Part shown: positions 24,073 through 33,859 of the stretch, piece by piece
How positions within the stretch are numbered: position 1 is the first letter of the stretch
How the letters are laid out: each line of letters starts with the position of its first letter
Origin: Guillardia theta CCMP2712
Lineage: Eukaryota > Protista > Cryptophyta
DNA: 64,000 nt
Assembly (NCBI RefSeq): GCF_000315625.1
Contig: NW_005434470.1
Span: 1 to 64,000, forward strand
Direction of reading: 5' to 3'
Made by a program: the position numbers and the translations under genes
The notes under the pieces: model-generated
The model's database searches: none
What the model was told of the DNA's origin: nothing
Seen by the model: the letters and a program-made list of their open reading frames with translations, nothing else

Positions 24073-25913
24073 TCAGACCTTTCCTGTCCCTACAACTGCC
24101 GTCCATTCTCTCACACGCCAGCTCTTGACAAGCCCGTTGACAAAATCTGCAACGGAAATCAGCAGGGGAGGAGCTGGAGGAGCTGGAGGAGCTGGAGCGT
24201 ACAAGGGTCATCCTCCACAAACTGTTTGATCTCCGAGTCGGTGACGTCCTTGAAGATGAACATAGCGCTATCTACCTACTCGTGTCGTCAGAGAGAGAAA
24301 GAAGAGAGAGGAGTGAGAGAGTGAGGAGAGGGGATGAAGAGGAGGAAGAAGGAGACAGGATGGGAGCAGAGGGTCGGGGAGTGAACGGTAGGGAAGATGA
24401 TGACGAAACGACGATGACAAGACAAGACAAGACAAGACAAGACAGGACAAGACAAGACAAGACAAGACAAGGAAAGGCAAGGCAAGGCAAGACAAGACAA
24501 GACAAGACAAGGCAAGGCAAGACAAGGCAAGACAAGGCAAGGCAAGGCAAGGCAAGAAAAGACAAGACAAGGCAAGGCAAGGCAAGGCAAGGCAAGGCAA
24601 GGCAAGACAAGGCAAGGCAAGAAATAACATGACAGAACAGGACAAACATGAAAAAGGCGATAAATCTCATACCGGGTTGGCCATGGCACCAGCAAGAACA
24701 AGTTTTCCTGATTTGATGAACATGAGAAGATACAACAAGAGAAGGGAGAACCGAGTGAGCTGGAAGAAAAGAGGAGGGGGGGGGAGCAGAGAGATGCAAG
24801 GAGCAAGGAGGAACGGGAAGGGATGGTAGGAGGAGGGTGAAGAAGCAGGAAGAGACAGAAGATGTAACGGAGCAAGAAGAAGGAAGGGGAGAAGGAAAGG
24901 AGAAGCTAAAAGAGCACAGGGAGGAGGATTTGACAACTGCGAGATGAAGAGAAAAGTGGACAAGGAGGGAGGACATGGGCTCGTGCGAAAGGAGATTCAT
25001 GTTTCACCGTCATCTTCCAATTTCTTGGCAGCAGCAATATGACCAGCTCGATGCGGTCCCCTCAGCTCTAGGATCTGGATGAAACTCAGCAGGCACGAGG
25101 AGAGAAGAGGAGGAAAACAACGAGTGTGGACGAGAGGGAGGGGGAAGGGAAGAAATTCAAGGTGAAGACGCGGGAGGAGAAGCGGGAGGAAAAGAGGAAG
25201 GGAAAGACACAGGGGAGACAAGGGTGAACGAGGTGGACGAGAAGAAGGAGAAGAAGGAGAAAAGGAGAGGGAGTAGAGAAGGAAGCGAGTGAGAGAGAGG
25301 GGGAGTTCTGAGTAATCGCTACTCACATCGGGTACATATTCATAGTGGAGGACGCGGAGGTTGCAGGGAGACTGGGGACTTAAAGTCGACATGTAAGCCT
25401 GAGAGGAGGGTAAGGGAGGTAGCAGCTGAGAGGAGGGTGAGGAAGGTAGCAGCTGAGAGGAGGACAAGGGAGGTAGCAGCTGAGAGGAGGACAAGGGAGG
25501 TAGCAGCTGAGAGGAGGATAAGGGAGGTAGCAGCTGAGAGGAGGGTGAGGGAGGTAGCAGCTGATTTCCTTACCTGGCCCCCTCGGAGCCTCGTTGCGAG
25601 CTGAGGTCTGCTGGCAGTTAAGATGGACGTGGCTCACTCCCACGAGAGTAGTAGGAGCGGAAGTTGATAGATGGGAGAGGAGGGGAGAGAGAGAGAAGGA
25701 AAGAGAGAAGATGATCAAGGAAAGGGGGGGGAAGAGGGTGAAGGGGAAGGGGGAGAGAGCGGGAAAGAGGAGGGAGAGGGAGAANNNNNNNNNNNNNNNN
25801 NNNNNNNNNNNNNNNNNNNNNNNNNNNNNNNNNNNNNNNNNNNNNNNNNNNNNNNNNNNNNNNNNNNNNNNNNNNNNNNNNNNNCAGGGGCAGGGGCAGG
25901 GAGCAGGAGTCAG

Positions 25914-25945
<32 letters not shown>

Positions 25946-26073
25946 GGCAGGGGCAGGGGCAGGGGCAGGGGCAGGGGCAGGGGCAGTAGCAGTAGCAGGA
26001 GCAGGAGCAGGATCAGGAGCAGGAGCAGGAGCAGGAGACGCGCATGTTAGCAGTACCTGGTGGCAGCTCGCAT
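24073..26073 (-). CDS. YciI-like (YCII-related domain) protein, multi-exon; not visible as a single ORF
   Basis: Spliced minus-strand exons: MRAAT..RPQLATRLRGGQ / AYMSTLSPQSPCNLRVLHYEYVPD / ILELRGPHRAGHIAAAKKLEDD / GKLVLAGAMANP / VDSAMFIFKDVTDSEIKQFVEDDP / YFVNGLVKSWRVREWTAVVGTGKV*. Carries the YciI R.xHR..H, G.L..AG and DPY...G motifs. The 5' exons straddle an N-gap. Confidence 0.8.
24415..24625. repeat. (GACAA/GGCAA)n microsatellite, intronic
   Basis: Visible tandem array. Confidence 0.95.
25399..25564. repeat. 27-bp minisatellite, ~6 copies, filling an intron of the YciI-like gene
   Basis: Unit ctgagaggagg(gt/ac/at)(a/g)agggaggtagcag. Confidence 0.9.
25785..25884. other. Assembly gap (N run)
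   Basis: 100 n characters. Confidence 1.
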
Positions 26074-26214
26074 TGCGAATTTGTTACTCGCCTAGGCGGG
26101 TTTGTTTTTGAGGTGAGGGGAAGAGAGCAAGGAGGAGGAGGAGAGTCGAGGGGTCGAGAGCAAGAGAACGAGGGAGGGAGTTAGAGGGAGCTAGACTGAG
26201 GATAGATCTTCTAG

Positions 26215-27550
26215 ATGGGCAGATCCTGCACCCTCCTGGTCCTGTCCTTCGTCCTCGCATGCTCGAGCTCGGCATTTTGCTTCTCCCTTGCCACCATGGG
26301 CTGCAGACGGAGAACGAACTTCCTTACGGCCACGAGCATGGCAGACAGTGACAAGTTCCGGCATGCTGGTCCTGCCACTCCTCCTCCCTCCTACAAGGAC
26401 GAGCTCTGGTGGGACCGCACCGCGCTCAGCATGTTTCGGGGAGCCATGGTGAAGAACCTCGGGCAAGACGTCATGGAGCAAGGGTATGATGGTGTGATGC
26501 GACTAGCGCTCATGCTAAATCAGAGGTGAGCACGCACAACAATACCTTCCTCCCCCCGCACTGAGGCAGCGCCCTCAGCGCCCTCCCTTACTCCTGCCCC
26601 CCTTGCTCATCTCTTGTGCATGCTGCTTGAACAGCAGGTTGTACCATGACATGGTTGCTTGCTTCAGGTATGAACCTCTGGAGACCCGCGCGAGGACGCG
26701 ATCGATCTTGCGATCTCTTTTCCCTGTCTTCATCATCAAGCTCTTTCCTCTCATGTTCGCCCGGCCGTTCCCAGCATTCTCAGCCAAGCTCAACGCCTAC
26801 ATCACGTCGGTGACCTGCTCCTGGCTCATGGGCCCGATGAAGCTCTTTGATCTCAAGGCTGAGGAGATGGAGGACGACTGGGGGGATGGTGAGGTGATAT
26901 GTTGCCTCGCGACTGCCATGACGAGATGCAGGAAAGAGTCAGGGGATTCTTGTCGAGAGATGTCGTTTCTTAGAGGAATCGGTTGCTTGATGTCGTGCAG
27001 AAGACAAACATGGTGTGTTGAGACTTGTAACAGGGATGTGCGAGTGTTTGTATCAACACGTGCAAAGTGCCTACGCAAGAATTCTTCATCAAAGATATGG
27101 GCATTCCGTTGTCAATGGTGACAGATGCAGCGATTGCTGACAAAGATTGACGTGAGAACAGGAGCCCAACTATGACACGTTTGAATGCGAGTTCAAGTTT
27201 GGGAAGAGACCTTTGCAGCAAGATACGGATGAGATCTTTGTGAGATGATTCCTCGGTAAAGGTTGTTGTATGACTTTTGCTGCAAGACCACTCCCTGCTT
27301 CCAACAGTGTCCCAGCAAAGGAAATCTTCGGCTGAAACATCAAAGTGGGCGATGCAAATGATGAATCTTTGTCAACATGTCTTCCTCTCCTTGGTGTTAG
27401 TTGTTGTCTTCTCTCTGCCTGTTGTGGCTGTTTCTTTTTCTGCTTATTATAGATTGACTGAGTGTCTTCTTCGTTTGCAAAGAAGGGGACAGCGTCATGA
27501 GCACTCATGATTTCGAACAACTCTGCAACACGATCTTGAAAGATTCTCAG
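26215..27550 (+). CDS. D27: Beta-carotene isomerase D27-like (DUF4033) with bipartite plastid-targeting leader; 3' end approximate
   Basis: Leader MGRSCTLLVLSFVLACSSSA|FCF has +1 Phe. Body reads YKDELWWDR..GYDGVM..., TCSWLMGPM, GILVERCRFLEESGCASVCINTCKVPTQEFFIKDMGIPLSMEPNYDTFECEFKFGKRP, matching D27 family signatures. Confidence 0.88.
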
Positions 27551-28002
27551 GTGACATGCTGTTTGTTGTTTCATGTTTGCTGCTGATATCTTCGCGTCAA
27601 ATGTTCATGCTCTATATCCTCAAACATGATTTCTGTTTTTGGGGTCGTTGAAATGCCTGTGCAGTATGACACATCCATTCCTTCAAAGCAAGATTTCATC
27701 GACAACCTCTTCCGGAAATGAAACAACCTTTAGCCCTGCGTCAGCCCCAATGCACCTTCGATGTCTTCCAGGATCAAGACGGATTGCAGACTTTCATGGT
27801 CATTCACACCTGGATGTTACGCTGCCCGTGAGGATACGAATATTTATTAAACTAGGATAGATTAAATCTTTACAACACTATTGATGAAATCACTTCGATG
27901 ATGAAAAGCTTGTGTAAGAGTATGAAAGAAAGATAAGAAGATAGAGGAAAGCAGCGATAAAAGAAAACAAGTAAGGCATGTTAGGAAGGAGAAATATTCC
28001 CC

Positions 28003-28721
28003 TTAGTTCAGTAGGTTGGCAACTGACGAGCTCTTGTTCTGGTCGTCCGATCCACCGCTTTGTTGGAGCAGCTTCAGAGTCTCCGCAAGGAGTTCCGCAT
28101 CCTTGAAAGTTTGATCGTCCACCATGCATGCAGTTTTCGAGCCTGTTCTGCATGCTTTTGACGTTGTTCGGCTTGCGCTCTGCTTGCTCTGAACTGATCT
28201 GTAGGGCCATTTCTTGATTCCAAGCTTTCTGCATGCCGACTTCATCGCTGTAGCTGAGATCCCAAGCTTCACGGCTGCCTCATGTAGGGGGAGGTGAAGA
28301 ACTGTTGTAGAGTCTTCTCGTTGAGCACGACAGGCTTGCTGTTGACCCTCGTGTGCTGGCCAGCCTTGCGGCGGGGGAAGATGGTGTTGAAGACCTTGGG
28401 GGCAGTAATCTCATCCCCGCGGGAGGGAGAAGCAGGCTCCGTGGAGGGCCATGAAGGTGACGGGGTGCGGTGCGGCGACTCCTCTGGTGAGACAGGGACT
28501 GTTGAGCTTGATGAGGTGGGAGACATCGCCTGTTGGTAACCTCCGTTCCCTCCTCCAGCATTGACGTCAGAGGGGGTTACATCCTTCTCCTCTGTGCACA
28601 TGGCAAGGCGAAGGAGATTATCGAAGGCCAGGCGCTGAGCGTCCGACATCTGGTCGTCTCCCTTGACTTCCTTCTTGACGTCGGCAGAGTTGTTTTGCTT
28701 CAAAATGCTTCGAGTTGCCAT
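28003..28721 (-). pseudogene. RWP-RK transcription factor with a 1-nt frameshift (pseudogene, sequencing error or recoding)
   Basis: The upstream ORF ends FFTSPYMRQP*; the downstream ORF carries KLGISATAMKSACRKLGIKKWPYR. Adding 1 nt near 28295 restores F(T/H)LPLHEAAVKLG, as in the paralog at 32872-33702. Confidence 0.8.
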
Positions 28722-29649
28722 TGAGATCGTAACTGAAACAACACAAGCAGTCAGTCATTGTTTCACATAGGAGACCTTGCTCAGTGGCGATGTAAGGCAT
28801 GCCAGAACTACACGATGCGACCGCTCACCACACTACAGCTATTGGCACCATTCCTTCTACGAAATCCTAATACAAGCAGTTTCAAGTTTGCATATGATAC
28901 AGACTAGCCGAGAATTCAAATCAAAACACAATCATGGATCTAAAGAATGTCACTTCCCAAAAAGCCGTCAGGTGCTCTATTTCAGACATGCTTTGTGTAC
29001 CTCCTATCCAGGACATAAAAGGAGAGAAATCAAACTGAAGCAAACACTTCAGATGGTAGTGAAACTTATCATCAGTATCATTCCGATGAACGTGCATGAT
29101 TCCGGGACAGCAACAATAGCAATCATTGCACAGATCGGCCTGTAAGAGGACGTATGCCCACATGTAAACCAGCTGTAAAAATACAGGCCGGTGACGAAAA
29201 TCAGCATGCATATCACTCAAATTCGACAAAATCTGGCCATATTATTGATTTGAGCACGAGAGATAATCATTTTGCACTTGGAATTCAATACAACACGCGC
29301 ACAACCTGTAAATTTACACCCTCTACAGCACATGCGACCGCAGGCATTGCCCGGTTCAGAAAGCACTTTGTTGTGCGAAAGAACTACTCGGACTTCGCAT
29401 ATGGCATCAGAACACTGTGACACAATAGAATCACAGTACAGCATTCAATTTTCGCAGAGCTGCACACACAGGAATCGAGGGGCAAAGTACTTGCAGACAG
29501 AATGCGTTGGCATACATATTTGCACAGATGGTCAGCAACATGCAAAAACTAGGTGTCTTGAGCTGAATCTATGAGGTCATCATTGCATCTCGATCATTTC
29601 TTTGGCTTGGCGCGTTACTTTCACGCGCATAGTTGCGACTCTATTAATT

Positions 29650-31800
29650 CGGGCGGAGGGGCATGGCGGGGGGACGCGGGAGAGTCTTGCCAGCAAGTCT
29701 CCAAAAGCATAGGGTAGGGGTGGAAAAGTGGAGGGTGTACAGGGTAGAGGTGGGGTACAGTGGTCAATAGGGTAGGTAGTTTGGGGAACAGGGTGTGAGT
29801 TACAATCCGGGAAGATACTGATTGGGGGTAGCAATTCAAGTGAGGTGTGTGGGGGGTAGGGTGTTGCAATGTTTCAGCCGAAGGGTGGTCGGGTCTTTGA
29901 CACATGGGTCTTTGTTTAGATCAGGCGAACAGTACCGGTAATGTGTAGAGGAAAATTCAGCGCACCCGGGGGGTGCAACTGATGTTTTAAAGTTGTAGGG
30001 GTACTCCGCAATTTCCTGGGGGGGGGTGGTCTAAATTGGGAGGGTGGACTATTCATTCCCGAAGGCGTGGAAGGAATCGATGTTCTTTCCGGGGTAGGGT
30101 AGTTTCTGGATATGGGTAGGGGTAGATAATGATCTCTTGTCTCTGGGTACCCTTTCAAGTTTTGGAAGGAATGTTGATGCTCGAGTAAACTCAGGGGGTA
30201 GGGGTCCTATATGTCTTGGATGCCAGGAATCATTATCTAGGAGGTGCAAGTGGTGAAGGTGGGGTGGGTATGTGGTGACGTGGACCTCTAGGGTGGGGTA
30301 TTGATTTTTGGAATGATTTGGACCCCACCGGGTTCAGCCTTCCGGGGGCATGGGTCGGAACAAAAGGGTTGTCAACTGATCAAAAACGGTGGGTAGAAAA
30401 TAGAGAAAAAGGGGGTACATTACCGGCAAGGGTGCTCAAAATGATGTGGTGGGTAGGGTAGCAGTGATGGGTGAGGCTGGGGTTCATTCTGGTATGGCAG
30501 ACCGGTGGGGTGGAACAGTTTGTTCTTGTCCAATGGGGTAGATGAGGATTGTAGGGTGGGTAGGTGAAGGTAGCGAAAGGATAAAACTTGCCCTAGCAAG
30601 GTTCAAAGCGGGGCCGAAATAACATGACGAGGGTGGGGTAGATGAGACCAATGGCATTGGGTAGATGCCTCACCACCGGTGCCGAACAATCAACTTCTCT
30701 CGTTGGGTGGGGTAGGCTTATCAGACGTGGTGGGCATTTCGGGAAGTACAGCTTGAAATAGAAATACTCAATTGGTGTATCGAGAGGAAAACGCGATGGT
30801 AGCACCTTGCGACGAAGAAGTCGATGTAGCTGCAGAACACTTTTCCGAAAAATATCAAGTGGGGTGATTCACTACCAGGGGTAGGTAATCGACGTAGGAA
30901 GGTAATGGAAGTAGGGTAGTTTCTAGTTTGAGGGGTACTGGGGCCTGTAAGTTTGAAAGGACTTATTTCAAAAAATGGGAATGTACCGGTTATTTGCAGT
31001 CAATTTACATCCATTGTGGGTAGGGTAGGTGTAAGGCCCCGTCTTTTATATGACGACAGCAGGCTCAGACAGGGGGTACATGCATCTGAATGCAGAGGTA
31101 CGGGTGGAGGGCAGGGGATGGGATATTGATGGTCTGGAACTGTAGTTATGACTAAGGGTAGGGTGGACTTGAGTAGGGGTAGGGTGCGTGAGGTTCATAT
31201 TAGGGATTCTAGGTCCATGGGGTAGGGTGGTAGGGGTACTTGAAATGAACCTTCCCCTCCACTTGAAATAGGACTCTCTGCTTGACCACCATGGACCCTG
31301 TTCTAGAACAGAGAGCGAGTGCTGTTCGTGATGGAAAAAGGTAGGGTACTCAAGGTTTAAAGAAGGGGTACTAAAATTTTGGAATGAATAGGGTAGGTAG
31401 TGATTTTGGCCCCTTAGCTACTGTTTGTGCGTGGACCCAAACATGGTATGTCCAACCCTACCAAATGCGTAGTAAAAAAGCTTGAATAGACCGGTAGCAA
31501 ATGATAGAATGAGGGGTTCAGAGACCACAACCCTCCCGGGCTCCCTTGAGACATCGCAAGCTTTCTGTGACCCTCCTATAGATTTGTACCGGTGGTACCG
31601 GGTACCCCTATTTCTACTGAACAAAACAAGTAAACGAGGGGGTACAAGATAAACTCAATCAACATGTACCCCATACCGACGCTTCATTCCTAAAGACAAA
31701 GCTGCCGGTCTACGTACCACTCACCTGTTGCCTTTGATCGGTGAAATGGGGTGGGTGCTCCGACCCACCCCAGTTGTGATGCGAACAACGAGGGGTCCAT
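29650..31800. repeat. GGGTA/GGGGTAGGGT-rich degenerate non-coding block
   Basis: Many dispersed gggtagggt/ggggtac words, G-rich on + until ~31400; very few ORFs. Confidence 0.65.
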
Positions 31801-31849
31801 GGCGACAAACGAAAGGTCATGCGACAGGTACAAATTGAAGGCGACACTC

Positions 31850-32600
31850 AGTTCGGCGAACTCATCAGGCTGAGGCCGGGCCGGGCCGCAAGAGAGGGCC
31901 GGGCCCAGCCGCGCGGCGCGGCGAGTCCTGGCACGGCCACCCCGGCCCACCGTCCACAGCGGCAAGCTTGGCGGCAACTTCGCGGTCCGGCATCCCGGAG
32001 CCTGTCCCGGCGGTGACCCGGCCCGGTCCGCCGCGGGCCGGGCGGGCGGGCCGCCGCGAGGCTCAATGAGTCAGGCGGGTCGCCGCGCCGGCCCGGGGCC
32101 CTGTTGAGTGACTGTGCCGGGCAGCGGCCGCGGGCGGCGGGCCCTCGGCCGCGTGACTCCGAACTTCGGAACTTAGCTGCCGAGTCCTGGCGCCGATCGG
32201 ATTGACGCCGCCGGGTCCGGCGGCGTCAGGCCGGCAGTGCCCGGGGGGCCGGTCACCGCCTACCGTGAGTCAAGGGCCTGAGCCTTGCCGGCCCGGCCCG
32301 TACCGTACCGTAGTACCGTGGGCCGAGGCACGGTACGGCGTGACTCAGTGACGGCGGCACTGAACGGTCACGGGCCGCGGGCTCCTCGGCCGCCCGACGG
32401 GCGGCCGACCGACCGGTGACCTCGGACGGCCGACCGACCGGTGACCCGCCGGTCACGGCCGGGTCTGGCCGGTGACGGTGATCAGTGCGGCCGCTGAGTC
32501 CGACCGTCCAAGAAAGTTCCGATGATCTGGGCCGGCGGTGATGAGCTTAACTTGTTGAATCGGGCACGGTTCCATGAGATGGTGCCACCGATCATACGAC
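31850..32600. repeat. GC-rich motif-built repeat block
   Basis: ccgg, gtaccgtaccgtagtacc, gtgactc, gaacttcggaactt words. Confidence 0.7.
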
Positions 32601-32871
32601 CTGCCAACTGGAACGCATCTCTGAACCTTGCTATGATGTGAATGCGTTCCATGATGAATCATGATTTGAATGTAGATTGAAGAGAGACTGCAGAGGATCG
32701 GAGGATCGTGAAAGCAAGATGCCAACAATAGCAACGCACATTGCATCAGAACGGTTTTATTTCATGTTTTGTGTATATTCATCTAATCTATAGCGAGCCC
32801 ACAGCGAGTGGGAAATAATATATCACGGAATCACTTAAAGGTAATGAGAAAGAATAGTATAGCAGGTGTTC

Positions 32872-33702
32872 TCAGTTCAGCAATCTTGCAACCGAGTTGT
32901 CAGAAACCTGAGATTCAGTGGATGAATGTCTTCCTTTGTGCAGAAGCGCCAGCGTCTCTGCAACAAGCTCGGCATCCTTGCACAAAACAGTCCCTTCCTC
33001 TTTCTTAGACGAACTCTTTGCTTGTGGTGAAGATGGAGAAGAAGACACTGAAGAAATAGAGAACCCTTTCTGTGCGTTCTTGGAGCTTTGAACAGTTCTA
33101 TAGGGCCATTTCTTGATTCCAAGCTTTCTGCATGCCGACTTCATCGCTGTAGCTGAGATCCCAAGCTTCACGGCTGCCTCATGCAATGGAAGCGTGAACA
33201 GCTCCTGCAAAGTCTTCTCGTTGAGCACCACAGGCTTGCTGTTGACTCTAGTGTGCTGGCCAGCCTTGCGGCGTGGAAAAATGGTGTTGATACCTTGCGA
33301 TGACGAGGATCCCTCGGTCACGTTGGTTGGAGAAGGAGGAGAAGTGGATGGCCAAGAAGGTGACGGTGTCCTATGCGGTGTTTGTACTGGAGATGCTGCC
33401 ATGTTCGGGATAGACGAAACCATAGATCCGTTGGTAGAGAACTGCGAGGCAGCAAAGGCAGAAGATTGAGGATATCCCTGAGAGGTCTGTGTGGGAGCGC
33501 ATTGAGCCATCGAAGTCTGATTCAGATTGTTTGAAAGAGCAAGCCGAAGGAGACTATCGAAAGGAAGAGGATGTACTCCGAGCGAGAACGAGTTCTGTGT
33601 ATTTGTCAAAGAGGGTAATCCATAACAAGAAGAGTATCCTCGTTGGTCAATCATCTGCTGTTGCTGTAGAAGCCCAGACTGAAGGTTTGCAAGTGTTGCC
33701 AT
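32872..33702 (-). CDS. RWP-RK transcription factor, intronless
   Basis: 276-aa ORF with LNEKTLQELFTLPLHEAAVKLGISATAMKSACRKLGIKKWPYR. Confidence 0.92.
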   Translation of the reverse strand: MATLANLQSGLLQQQQMIDQRGYSSCYGLPSLTNTQNSFSLGVHPLPFDSLLRLALSNNLNQTSMAQCAPTQTSQGYPQSSAFAASQFSTNGSMVSSIPNMAASPVQTPHRTPSPSWPSTSPPSPTNVTEGSSSSQGINTIFPRRKAGQHTRVNSKPVVLNEKTLQELFTLPLHEAAVKLGISATAMKSACRKLGIKKWPYRTVQSSKNAQKGFSISSVSSSPSSPQAKSSSKKEEGTVLCKDAELVAETLALLHKGRHSSTESQVSDNSVARLLN

Positions 33703-33859
33703 TGTCTTGATTGGAGAGCAGGTAACAGGAGTGTGTTGGATAGGGGAGAGTGTGTGCTTTGACAGGAGAACCTGATTCGCAGAGGAACGAGGCCAGGGTG
33801 CAGCGATCGTAGGGATGCAAGGGGAGGAGACGCTTATGAAGACACGAGGACCGTTAAAA

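Noticed and set aside
25399-25564. 27-bp repeat array as a possible CRISPR
   Set aside because: Head-to-tail units without unique spacers, eukaryotic intron context, no cas genes.
29650-31800. GGGTA-rich DNA as a telomere or interstitial telomeric array
   Set aside because: Words are dispersed and degenerate, not a tandem array.
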